Shown here in pieces: positions 9,952 through 22,607 of a stretch of DNA of 64,000 nucleotides. The notes below the pieces were generated by a model. It ran no database searches. It had not been told where the DNA came from and saw nothing but the letters and a program-made list of their open reading frames with translations. Both the position numbers and the translations under genes were made by a program. Every line of letters begins with the position of its first letter. Within the stretch, counting starts at the first letter, position 1. The stretch comes from Macrostomum lignano (taxonomy: Eukaryota), in NCBI GenBank assembly GCA_002269645.1, contig NIVC01000829.1, positions 372,001-436,000 on the forward strand. Direction: 5' to 3'.

Positions 9952-12900
9952 CCGTTACGGCGGGATTTTAAAGTACGATTTAGGATTAACGCTGGCTGGC
10001 TGGCTGGATTAACTGTGACTACGGGTGCATTTACTGTGATTTCGGCGAAGGAATTTTCGGCGAAAGACGCTTCGGCAAAAGTGAATTTTAAGTTTCAATA
10101 GATGTAAATTTCGGCGAAAGAAAGTGACCAGTTCGGCGAAAACACACATGATACCCGAAATTGAGGAAAAAATTTGAAACTTGCAATTTTATTCACAATA
10201 ATTGACTTAATTGCAATTTCTTTCTCATAGAACTTGCAATTTTCTCAACTTTCATGTGCGCTTTAGATGCTTATGTAAGTAGTGTTAAAGACATATCAAG
10301 AAAGTGAAATTCTTGCAATCTCATTGCAAAGAATATTGCAATTTTTTCAATTTCAAATATGCTTTAAATATTACTTGTATAGTAGTAGATAAAAAATATC
10401 CTTGCTACTGGTACATTTACATCGCATCTATTACATGTAGATTGCCAAAAGAAATTATTTTTTAACGATTACATGCAGATTCTGACGAGTACAGAAAATG
10501 AATTGCAATATATTGAAGCATAGTATAGACAAAGTCTTCGAAATTGAGGTATAAAATGATTTATATAAGCTGCAAATATGCACAATATAAGTTGTACTTA
10601 CATGACTGCATTTTCACGACTCCCTGAACAAATTTAAAGTGTTCTAAATTCTTACAAACAAATAAAATTGATTTTTCTTAGAAATCTATCTGCTTTGTAT
10701 ATTCAATAGAAAGTGTATCTACCATTTTAGGAATTTTTTGTTTAAAAGTGTAACAACTTTGCTAAATTTAAAAAGCAGCGCGCCTTATTGCTCCATATTG
10801 GTCGACGTATTGCTGCTTTCTTGCTCTTGCTTGTTGTTGTTGCCTTCTCCTTTGTTGTTTTTACTAGCTTTTTTTATCATTGTAATTGAAATTGAAGGCT
10901 AGTAATGCCACTTGCTTTTCACTTATCGTAAATGACAAGAACTTAGCCTTGCTATTTACTCTTGTAGTTGTAGTCTTGACTTAAGATTGTAAAACTCAAA
11001 AAAAGTTTTTTAGTTTATCTAATTCTAGTCCTATTATTGCTAGCTATTACTAATAAGTATTGACTAGTCTAGCTAGCATTATTGGAGTTTGTCCAATTCA
11101 TTTTTCATAGCTCCTTTTATAAAATACTAAAAGCTACCAATTGTCTATGTACTATGTCATTGTTAATGTTTTGTCAACTCTGTATTTGAACTTTATCTTT
11201 TAGTTTCGTACATGTAATTATACTTTTCTATCATTTTCTTATATCTAGGACTAGAGCTCTCTCAGTATCAGGCAAGTGCATACAATTAATTTTAATACTG
11301 CAGTCAGTGCAGTGGCACTTTGTAGACTAAAATTTTGGCAATCTTCAAGTTTCGTTCGTTTAATTATTTCCGGAATTATTTTCGCCCTCTATTCAAGGGT
11401 GGTGGGGGGTGGGTGTTGGAATTAAACAAATGAAACTTGAAGAATGCCAAAATTTTGTATTAATAAGTTATACTTTAATTGTAATTACATTGTCATTGGT
11501 CATTACATTATGTATTTCAATTCAAAATTATTTTAGTAGCTCTACTATTTATAGGAGCTATACATTAAATTAAATTAATGAAGCATGAAATTGAACATCA
11601 TTGTTTAATAGGCAATTAGCTAGGCCTACAAATAGGTTTTTAATTAATGTAGCTATAGCTATTTTAAAAACATTTACTTTTTTCTAATTAAATTAATTGA
11701 TGTATTGTCTAAAAGTCAAACTGAAGCTTATCAGGTTATTAAATGGTACAGCATAATATATGCAAAAGATAGTTGAGTAAGTAGGTATATATTAGATTAC
11801 TAACTTAATCAATGACTTAATGACTAGGCCTAGCTATGAGCGTATAATCATTTGTATAGCTTCTGTTTACTAATTAGCTACTATTTTAAGGTATTTAATA
11901 TTTTGGCTTCTATTGATATATTGTCTGTTAGACTATATATCATATCACTATATCTAGATTGTTTTATGAAAATCTTGGTTGCAAGTTTTCAAAATAATAT
12001 TTTATGATTCCATATACAAATTAATGGTATGCCAAAATTCTAAAATGAAATCTATATAAATAAATAAAATAAGTGGCTCAAAAAGCTACTTTGTTTTTAT
12101 AATCTATTATAATTATTTTATATAGCGATCAGGGTCAATAAATGTATATCAGGTAAAATAAATGTATATCATTATTTTATAATTATTATTTATAATATAA
12201 TACTCTTTTATAATTATAAAGCAGTGCAACTTCAACTCAATACTCAATTGTGTTTCTCTTCATGCCAAGAAATGAACACACAAAAGCGAAGGCATGCTGC
12301 AGACAAATTTGACCAACCGTTGCCTTTCGAGTTTGTGCTTCTATAGTTTCCTAAATCGAATTCTCATAGTGGGCCAATGTACATAAACTCCAATGTACAT
12401 AAAGTACGTTCTTTGACGCTTCGGTGAGGAGTATTGCATTTCTGCAATTATTGAGCTGAATGGCTTAACGGAGCGCATTGCGATGGACGAGCAATCTGTC
12501 GAGGAGCTTCGAGCTGTTTTGTCCGAATGGTTTGCAGCCTACAACTGGAGATCTGTGCGAGCATCGTTAAATCAAATGTTTCGTGACATTTCTGGCAAGC
12601 GTAAGAAAGACAATACTGGAAACCATTAAGTATCAGTTATAGCCTATAGGAATAACATTAAATAAGCAATCACTAAATCACTGCAAGGTAATCACTGTAA
12701 TTGACTTCTGGAAGCTCTAACGAGCTTCAGGCTGGCAATGTTGGGTAGCCTTAAAAAGTAATGTCTAAGTAAGATCATGGAAAGGCGATAAAAAATTATA
12801 AATAAGCGAAAAGTGAATCCTAACTTTATCTGGGATCTTTTTTTAAATATTCAATTCTACAAAATAATTACCTGTGGGTTCTTAAAAAGTCTCATTTCGG

Positions 12901-14680
12901 AATCTAGAAAGGTTTTGAACTTAAAAGTATCCAAAAGCTTCATCATAGATGTGTAAAAGGCTTCATCTTTAAAGTTTTAACTGCTTAGATAAACATGCTG
13001 ATGCAGCCAGCACCCCTGAAAGTTAAAATATTGTTTAACTAATAAATTATGTTTATTTAGAACGCTTTTGCACTTCAAATGTAAAAGAATTTTTCAATTA
13101 GTTTCAATGTTCAGTGTGCTTATTAATGGTTTAATAATAATTTTTCTAAATAGTTAAATAGTAATATTTTAATAATAATAATTTTTACTAATCTATGCAA
13201 GTATTTTCTTGTATCTTATGCATCGTTTTTTGCCCGTACAGGTTTATATTTAGTATCTGTTTGTAGTTTTATTTTTTAATATGTAGTAAAGTGAAATAAA
13301 AAATTACAATGAAATGTATTGGATTGAAAAATGATTATAACATCTTATTGAAAAATTGCAAAATTTAATGTATTCCGAAATAACACCGGTGGTTTTTACT
13401 GTGTCTTAATTACTTTTCTGGGTTCAATTCTGAGCAGATATAATGAAAATTGCAGATCGAGTGCTAAATTTGGGAAGTCTTAAAATTTACCTGCACTATA
13501 ATACGAGCGTATCAATATTCTGAAGTGCCACTCCAACGGCAATTTCTAAGCTCTTGAATTGCAATTTTATGCTCAATTAAATTGTATTTTTAAGCGTGAT
13601 TTCGTGTAATTTTATTGCACTTAATGAACAATTTGAGTTCAATTATTGCGCAATTCTTGCCCAATTTTTTTCAATTTTCTCACGTAATTTTGTGCAATTT
13701 TGCGCAATTCGCGTCACCATGTGCATGGGCTACGTATATATTGCAAATATACCACTTTGGTGATTGAAGCTTTTAATAAATGGTTCATTGCTGCAATTTA
13801 TTTGCAGTTATAAAATTAAAAAACTCATGACTTAGCTCGTAGCTATGTTATGTACATGCGATCTATCGATATGCAGTCGATAGATAGATTAGCTAGGGAT
13901 GATGACGGCACCTGGTTTTTCATAGTCCGGGCTCCGTACTTTGAAATCTAATAAAACAAATAAATGAAACTGCAACAAAACAAAAACATGTCACGATAAA
14001 ATTAGTCTTTATAAAGTTCGTCGCTTTTCTTTTTAACTTTCTTTTAAAACAAAAAACTCTTCAGCGAAGCTTGGAATAAATTTTTTGCCGAAATGGTCAG
14101 CTTTAGACGAAATGGTCATTGCGAAAGGATTTTTCGGGTAAAGTGTAAAAGTTACCGAGGTTTTTGGGGATAACGTTACCTTCAAATTGCGTTAAAAGAG
14201 CGCAATGAAATTGAAAATAATATTGTATTTCGATTTCGTTTGTCTAGTGCAAATTACAATTGCAAGTTAGAAGCTTATAGAATGAGTAAAATAAATCACA
14301 AGAGCATTTTTTTTTCATTGGGTAAGCGTGTGTAAAGCCTGGGTAATTGCAGGTAAGTTTTTGGGGTAATGTCTTACCCAGCAATTAAGCACACATTTAT
14401 TGGCCTCATCATCTATATTTTATGAATAATTATTCTATGATTTATGCTGCATAGGCGATAGCAAGTTATTTTCAATTTCATTGCGCTCTTTGAATGCAAT
14501 TTGAAGGTAACATTTTCGGGTAACTAGGTAACTTTTTATTTTACACTTTACCATTTTTCGCCGTTATTGACTTTCGCCAAAGTAGGTTGAAAACACTGTC
14601 TACAACTGGTCATTTAACTTTGTCAATCAGTAACCAAACCTGAAAGAAACAAACAATAAAATCAAAGTACCGGATTACGA
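9952..14680. mobile_element. Putative 4.7-kb Mutator-like non-autonomous DNA transposon
   Basis: 10-bp direct repeat GAAACATATT at 9942-9951 and 14681-14690. Clustered TTCGGCGAA motifs about 90 bp inside the left end and their complements (TTTTGCCGAA, TTTCGCCAAA) about 100 bp inside the right end. True TIR is weak; superfamily inferred only from TSD length. Confidence 0.5.
14137..14552. mobile_element. MITE with 8-bp TSD (Merlin-like by GG termini), nested in the larger element
   Basis: TIR GGTAAAGTGTAAAA (14137-14150) / TTTTACACTTTACC (14539-14552). TSD ATTTTTCG at 14129-14136 and 14553-14560. Inner ~46-bp inverted repeat at about 14175-14220 / 14466-14511. Confidence 0.8.
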
Positions 14681-15399
14681 GAAACATATTTAATATCTAA
14701 TAGGCCTAATGTAAAATATAATCCTGGCGTAGTGAATTATAATTTATTTTTAAACCAGTGCTGCTTCCACTGGTTAATATTTCAGGAAAAATATTTAATT
14801 AATTAATATGTTAAATTTAAATAATATCAATATTTTTAACTAACATTAGGCCTAAGAAACTGTCTGTAGACTATCTAGACTGTACTGTCCTCCTCTAGAT
14901 TTAGAATTTAAGGTATAACGGAAATATTATCTTTATAATCTAGAAGATATATAGCCATAGCGTATAGGCCATAGGTCTATTCAAGTCTAAAAATATGTAT
15001 ATTCAGAAATTTAATTTTCTTCCAACAAAAATTAGGGCAATCTTTCAGTTTCCCATTGCAAATTATTTTAGTTTATTTTAGCCAAGTGATTCCTAAGGTT
15101 GCGCATGTATGATCTTGATCTATAATGTTTGTCTAGTATTTTAGTATTGGACTTTGAATTCTAGTATTTCAGGTATTGTGGTATAATAATAATCTAAGCA
15201 ATTTAGTAAGCAATGTACAAATAGTCAGAAATAAATAAATAAATTGACTTTTTAAAATATATTATCATAGGGCTTACTTCTGTCCTCCAACTATCTTCAC
15301 TAACTATCACCAAGTTGTTATAGGGGTTATTCCTACAATTATTCTGATTATACTTGTTTTTACTCCCTAACTATTTCTTAGAATTTCATTTAAATAATT

Positions 15400-15565
15400 C
15401 TGGGTAGCGTTCTTAGTAGTGTCTCTGGTAGCATTCTGGTAGCATATGGCTTGCTTTCTGGTAGTGTTCTGGTAGCTTATGGCTTGCTTTTTGGTAGCGT
15501 TCTAGTAGCTTATGGCTTGCTTTCTGGTAGCGTTCTGGTAGCTTATGGCCTGAGCGGTCTAGTAC
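15400..15565. repeat. Degenerate ~33-bp tandem repeat (TTCTGGTAGCTTATGGCTTGCT...)
   Basis: About five visible units; source of the ORF at 15451-15636. Confidence 0.7.
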
Positions 15566-16870
15566 TGGTATATGTATTAGTGAATAGTCCTAATCGGGCA
15601 TTCACCGAGACTAGAGGGTCACGGCGCCTCTCTTAGTATATCTCCAAGAATTAGTCCCAATTCCCTTCTCTTAGCAAATTTCTTAGAATCGTTTCACAGG
15701 TTTTGCAAATGAATAAGTCGCTATTTAGCTCAAAGACTTTGAAATGGTTTAGATTGAACTGCTTATTCTGTTCACAATTATTTGCTCACGGGTACAAGAC
15801 AATTAGTTTATTTGCTATAAAATTGCTCCTATATATAGTGGTTTCCCCCCCATACGATTAAAACAAAAAAATAACTTCCCAATTTATTTCACGCAGTAAA
15901 ACAAAATATTCGGTACAGTAAAACAAAATATTTATCTAGTATTTCGCACGAGTTTAGTTTCAAAGAAAACATACCTTTATTGCTCAAAATTCGTACAGTA
16001 TTGAAGCACTACTACAATATCTATTTATATATATATATATATATTTTATATATATATATATTAGGTGAGACCAAGGGAAGTAAATGGAAGAGAAAGTAAT
16101 ACAATTTGCTTGTAGTTTATATGTATTAAGAGTAAAAGGCAAGGTATTGCCTAATCAAAGTTTAAAGATTAGGCTAGGCCTACTTAGAGCAGTTGGTCTA
16201 ATTGGCTAACTGAGTATACCTAGGCCTAATCTCCAAATCAAGGGCTGAGGGATTAAGTGTGTAGGTATAGCAATTGCAAACTTAGAGGCTGTCATACTAT
16301 ATAAAAACAATAATAGTGCTAATAGAATAGACAAAAAAGACTGATTACAGTGGCTAGTAAGTAGTTAATTAATCAACTATAATGGCAAATTATTGTTTTT
16401 TTTATTTGTTAACTTTTTTATTTATTTTACTGAAGGTTTCTTTATTTAAAACAATACTTCTCGCCTTTTGCCTTAAAAATTTAGAAGAAAGTCTAAAAAG
16501 CCTAAATTATAAGCATTTATTTTGTAGTCCTAAACATTGCTTTTTGCAAAATCTAGGTATTAGAATAAAGTATCAGCATTAGGATATCAACAATTACTAA
16601 AATTTGGGTATTAGACTTTTAGGTATCAGCAATACTTTTTTAGAAAGGATATTTGAATATCAGTTTTCATTGATGCTTTTTGGGTTTTGTGCCCAACACT
16701 GAAGATAATACATTTTAGCAATTTAACTAGTTGGTATGAAATTTTGTATGTGACACTAAAGTAACTATAATTTGAGATAGAAACCCTCACTAGGGGCAAG
16801 TATAAAAATCAAAACTGGGGGATAAATATATAAATAGTAAAAAAATACAGTTTTATTAAACTGCTTAGGC

Positions 16871-18322
16871 CAGGGATTGGCAACCTTTTTCTACTCAAGG
16901 GCCAGATGAGGTTTTTAGTCTAAGACCATAAGCAACAGTAGGGGGGGGGCAGGGGCAGTTCTTTGACTTGAAAAAAACTAAAAGGTAACCAAGCACATTT
17001 TTGCCACAATATAGACCTTCCCCTTTTACCTTTTTAGAGTCTTTACCTTTTTGGAGTCTTTATCTTTTAGAGTCTGCCCCTAACCATTTGGAAGCCAAAG
17101 GCCTGCACTGCAGGCCATACCGAAACGGCCCAGAAACCCAGAGATTGAAAAATGTCTATGGCATCAAAAATCATCTCCCAATCACTAAAGCAAGTGCCCA
17201 GTATGGCCTGCTATGCAGGCCATGACTGATTTAAAGACGTCCATTATGCATTTCCATTGTGTTTTCACTCAAATGGGAAATGTTAAAGGGGATGAATTAG
17301 CATGGATCTGGACAGAGACCAGGATTTCCGGGACATTGGCTGCAGCAAAATACTGTCTTCTTAGCTGGAACGGCAGGTTTCAAATTCGGAATCGTTTGCC
17401 TGGGCGAGTCTGGGCTTCCGTTGCTGGGAGTCGTCCATGTGGTATCCTTCGCCCAGCACTTCGCAGCTAAGCTCAACAACAACTCTCGCTCTCTTCCTCG
17501 CCATTTTCTGCCCTCTCCTGCTGGAACTCCCTGACTGCCAACCACATTCGCTCATTGGTCCATGTGACAAGACTGTGATGAGAAACTCTTCAGTCAGGAT
17601 CAATTTCTGGATCCATGCCTTCCGACTCCGTTTCTGACTCAAAAACCGTCGAGTCATTGCTTGATAAAGCGTCTTCCGAATCGGAATCGAGTCCCAGTCT
17701 ACGCAAGGCGTCACTTTTAGCTGTCCTATTCGGCCGCGTAAAAGCCATTTGTGGGTAGGAAGGTTTTGAACAGGAGCTAGCTGAAAAACTATGTGATATA
17801 CTTTACTTCTGGGCTTCTAGGGTGTGCACTCGATTCAGCAAAAAAGACAAATTTGTCTATGGACTGCTCTGCAGGCCTTTGGGCTTTTAAGCCATCTTAC
17901 AGAACCAAGCTTGGGCGCGAAGTGGCTAAACCAATTTTTGGTTGCATCACTAATAGGCCAAAATATTAAATACTGAAAAACCAGAGTTAAAACAGATTTA
18001 TTATAATTTGATGAATTCTTAGAGAGTCTAATTCCACTGTACAGTCAGCTCTGTCAATGTACATTTAGACCCCCCATTATTGACTAGCTCTACCATGCCA
18101 CTTTCCTTCATTGCCAGTTCCCCTATTTCTATTCTATGCAAAGTTTGAACTGATGTGCTATCTGTCTAGACTTTGTAAACAGCCACTCAAACTCAGTGTC
18201 CCATTACTCATATTTTGATTGAAAGACTAGATTTTAATAATAAAGACAAATGAAGTTTGCAAGCCACATAAAAACTCTTTGCTAGCTAGATTTGACCTGT
18301 GGGCCAGAGGTTTTCAACCCTG
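16871..18322. mobile_element. hAT (Charlie-like) non-autonomous element
   Basis: Ends CAGGGATTGGCAACCT and AGGTTTTCAACCCTG. Perfect 8-bp TSD GCTTAGGC at 16863-16870 and 18323-18330. Confidence 0.85.
17084..17925 (-). mobile_element. Internally deleted piggyBac element nested in the hAT element
   Basis: Minus strand gives an acidic N-terminal remnant (LGLDSDSEDALSSNDSTVFESETESE) and the piggyBac C-terminal Cys-rich domain KKTVFCCSQCPGNPGLCPDPC. Subterminal inverted repeats at 17095-17119 / 17858-17882; both ends begin CCA; CTAA on both flanks. Confidence 0.75.
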
Positions 18323-18823
18323 GCTTAGGCTAAGATTGCATTATATACAATCAACACTAGCAAAAGAGTGTAAAAATTTTTTCTTTCTAAAAGAATATAT
18401 TATGAAAAAGTTGATTTGCTTAAATTAAAATTTATTTTTTAGTCTAAGTGCAAGTTTTCTAACAAAATTGGCTGCTTAGGGCTAGACAGCTTAAGTTAAG
18501 TGACTTGATTGTTTATCTCAACTCTAACTTTATTCTATGTCCTAGATTTGTAATTAGCAACATTAAATTATTTCATGAAGAGCTCTAATGACACATTGGC
18601 ATAAGTTGACAAATTAAAAAAATCAACTACTTAAAGCCCAGTAAAAAAACTTTAGAAACTAAGCATAGATATTTATTACATTAATATAAATAATTTTATG
18701 ATGCACTGACTATCTATAAACTGTGAATCATTTAAAGCTTAAAGCAGTTTTTGCAAAAACTTTAATCTATAAATAATAGTCTGCAATAAGACTGCAGCAA
18801 AGAGGCAATTCAGAGCACAAAAA

Positions 18824-21800
18824 ATGGCAAGTGGAGATGGCAGCGGCAGTGCCATGCTGTTAGCGGCAGATCCAACAGAGCATCGCACTGGTAATGGCAA
18901 TTCAGCGTTGCATGATGATGAGGAAGATAACAGTGGAATTCACGATTTAGACTTGCCAAAGGTGAGTTTTCTTTGAAGTTAGATAATCTATCTAAATATT
19001 TACTTAATATGTACTTTATAGCTTAATATCACCTTAATTCTGAGAGATTTTGCCTGAAATTTCATACTTTTTTGCATTCAAAATTGAACTAGCTGTTGCT
19101 TTTGTATTTCAGAAATTCCAACAAAAACAAATTAGTAATAATAATCACAATACTGTGTGTAGTAATAGTACAAGCATTGCTGCTGGCGATGCAACTTCAT
19201 CACGTGTAAGTCTTGCTGTGTTTAGATAAAAGAAAATGGAAATAGGTATTAAATTAAAAAAATTATTGGCGATGGACTGACGGTTAAGGTTTCGTTACGT
19301 TGCTTCTGCAATTTTATTATTTTTTGTTGCAAGCTCGTTGGTTTTGATGCTACTTTAAGTAGCATAAATATCCTTGCTAGAGTTTTTTCCAGCTATTTTT
19401 TGTCATCATTTGACTATCTATAGTCTCCCATTAAAGTTCCCAAAAATTACCATTAGAAACCTCTAAAAATCGCCCCTTCAAGTCCTAAAGAATCGCCCCT
19501 TAAAATTCCCAAGAATCACCCCTTAAAATCCACAAGAATCGCCCCTTTAATTCCTGAACAATCGCTCTTTAAAATTCACAAGAATCGCTCCTTAAAATTC
19601 ACAAAAATCCCCTCTTAAAATCCACAATAATTTCCCCTTCAAATCCCCAAGAATCGACCTTTAAAATCCACTAGAATTGCCCCTAAAATCATCAAGAATA
19701 GCCCCTTAAAATCCACAATAATTGCCCCTTAAAATCCCCAAGAATCGCCCCTTAAAATCTTAAGGATTGCCCCTTAAAATCCACAATAATTGCCCCTTCA
19801 AATTCCCAAGAATCGCCCCTTAAAATCCACAATAATCGCCCCTTAAAATCCACAATAATTGCCCCTTAAAATCCCCAAGAATCGCCCCTTAAAATCTTTA
19901 AGAATCGCCCCTTAAAATCCACAATAATTGCCCCTTAAAATTTATAACAATCGCCCCTTAAAATCCCCAAGAATCGCCCCTTAAAATCCACAATAATCGC
20001 CCCTTAAAATCCCCAAGAATCGCCCCTTAAAATCTTTAAGAATTGCCTCTTAAAATCCACAATAATCGCCCCTTAAAATCCACAAGAATCGCCCCTTAAA
20101 ATCTTTAAGAATTGCCTCTTAAAATCCACAATAATCGCCCCTTAAAATCCACAAGAATCGCCCCTTCAAATCCCTAAGAATCGCTCTTTAATAGCCATAA
20201 GAATCGCCCCCTAAAATCCCCCATTAAAGTTCCCAGGAATAGCGGCTTGCCTGCATTGAAATCTCTAAGAATCGTTCATTAAAATCCCAAAAATAGGACC
20301 TTCGAAACTCCAAGAATCGCCTTTTAAAGTCCCTGAGCATAGCATTCGAATCCCAAGAAAAGCATTCGAAAACCTAAAAAATCGCCCCTTGTTCAAATTC
20401 CTAAGAATCACTCCTAAAAGCCTCCAAAAAATCGGTCTTTATAAAATCTTGAAGAATCGCCCTTTAAAATTCTCAAGCATAGCACATTAATATCCCAAGA
20501 TATCGCTCAATAATCACTTCTTATAAACCATAAAGTAGTTCTTTAAAATCTACAAAATCGCCACAGTTTTGATTTCTGTTTTTTACTTGACAGACTACTT
20601 TTACGCGTGAGTAGTATATCGCAGCTCTTTAACTCCAAACAACTATTCGTGCTATCCAGGTGGCCGTGTCCCGAGGCAGCGACTCCGGCTTCTTTCGCCT
20701 GTTCCGACGAAGTCAACCGAGCCGATCGAGACGGCAGAAAGCAGGTTAGCGTTGCCAGTTGTTTGCGGTTACGGTTGTCCTTTCTAAAGTAGAATATTGT
20801 ACAAAAGTACATTGATAACTTTAATTCAGCCATGTTTTTTAGACCAGCGACCCCGCATTCGGCGATACAATCTGCTGTCCAGAGACAAGCTCAAAGTGCC
20901 GATGCGAAACAGTTCGGGTCACTATCTGAGCGAACAGGGCCAGCCGCTGGTTGACATCGGGTCTGACGAAAAGTGAGCTGTTGTTTTTTATAAATGATAA
21001 ATTTTCTGTCGGCTTTTTTCGGGTTTCGCCCCTTAACCTCTTGTAGGAATCTCCCCTGAACCTCTTTAACAACCTCCTCTTAAACTCCCTAAGAATGTCC
21101 CATTAAACTCCCTAAGAATCTCCCATTAAACTCCATAAGAATGTCCCCTTAAACTCTCTAAGAATGTCCCATTAAACTCCCTAAGAATCTCCCATTAAAC
21201 TCCCTAAGAATCCCATTAAACTCCCTAAGAATCTCCCCTTAAACTCCCTAAGAATCTCCCATTAAACTCCCTAAGAATCTCCCCTTAAACTCCCTAAGAA
21301 TCTCCCCTTAAACTCCCTAAGAATCTCCCATTAAACTCCCTAAGAATCTCCCCTTAAACTCCCTAAGAATCTCCCCTTAAACTCCCTAAGAATCTCCCAT
21401 TAAACTCCCTAAGAATGTCCCCTTAAACTCTCTAAGAATGTCCCATTAAACTCCCTAAGAATCCCATTAAACTCCCTAAGAATCTCCCCTTAAACTCCCT
21501 AAGAATCTCCCCTTAAACTCCCTAAGAATCTCCCCTTAAACTCCCTAAGAATGTCCCCTTAAACTCTCTAAGAATGTCCCATTAAACTCCCTAAGAATCT
21601 CCCATTAAACTCCCTAAGAATCCCATTAAACTCCCTAAGAATCTCCCCTTAAACTCCCTAAGAATCTCCCATTAAACTCCCTAAGAATCTCCCCTTAAAC
21701 TCCCTAAGAATCTCCCCTTAAAATCCCTAAGAATCTCCCATTAAACTCCCTAAGAATCTCCCCTTAAACTCCCTAAGAATCTCCCCTTAAACTCCCTAAG

Positions 21801-22607
21801 AATCTCCCATTAAACTCCCTAAGAATGTCCCCTTAAACTCTCTAAGAATCCCATTAAACTCCCTAAGAATCTCCCCTTAAACTCCCTAAGAATGTCCCCT
21901 TAAACTCTCTAAGAATGTCCCATTAAACTCCCTAAGAATCTCCCCTTAAAATCCCTAAGAATCTCCCCTTAAAATCCCTAAGAATCTCCCCTTAAACTCC
22001 CTAAGAATCTCCCCTTAAACTCTCTAAGAATCGCCCGTTAAGTTTCCTATGAATCTCCCTTTAAACACCCCTGAAAATCGCCCCTTTAAATCCCTAAGAA
22101 TCGCCACTTAAACGCCCTAAAAATCGCCCCGAAACTCCTTAAGAATCGCCCCTAAAATCCCTATGAATCGCCCCTAAAACTCCTTAAGAATCGCCCCTAA
22201 AATCCCAATGAATCGCCCCTAAAACTCCTTAAGAATCGGCCCTTAAAATCCCAGGAATCGCGCCTTAAGTTCCCTAAGAATCGCCCTTAAACTTCCCAAA
22301 AACTCGCCCCTAAAATCCCTAAGAATCACCCCGTACAATCCTTAAAAATTACCCCTTAGCAATGTCAGCCACAATCTCAAATCCCTCTTCCATCGCCCTC
22401 AGCAACGAAGACGATGACGTCACCTACTACGACTCCCACACAATGCGCCGGTTAACTAACGCCGAGATTCGCGACCAACTATTGAAAGATGGCTACAATC
22501 TGGACGATCAGCAGGACGCCGATGACCTTGATTTGATACCGCCGAGGCCTATTGAAGAGCGCGGATTTTACTGCTGTAACTACTATATATCCTGCGAGAT
22601 TCTTTAA
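18824..22607 (+). CDS. FAM219A/B-like: FAM219-family protein, 5 exons, about 216 aa
   Basis: Exons 18824-18961, 19113-19205, 20660-20744, 20843-20972 and 22403-22607; GT-AG, phases 0/0/1/2, total 651 nt. QLLKDGYNLDDQQDADDLDLIPPRP matches the recalled FAM219 motif QLLKDGYRLDEIPDDEDLDLIPPK; KLKVP and QPLVDIGSDE also align; ends SCEIL*. First two exons are low complexity and less certain. Confidence 0.82.
19440..20520. repeat. Intronic 23-bp minisatellite (AATCGCCCCTTAAAATCCACAAG)
   Basis: Dozens of units with decayed edges; fills most of FAM219 intron 2. Confidence 0.93.
21050..22350. repeat. Intronic 23-bp minisatellite (AAGAATCTCCCCTTAAACTCCCT)
   Basis: Homogeneous core with higher-order duplications; fills FAM219 intron 4; same family as the intron 2 array. 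Confidence 0.95.

Noticed and set aside
22362-22402. ORF-track start MSATISNPSS for the FAM219 last exon, and the acceptor at 22359
   Set aside because: The acceptor at 22359 gives a premature stop in the required phase. The acceptor at 22402 has a polypyrimidine tract and restores the conserved frame.
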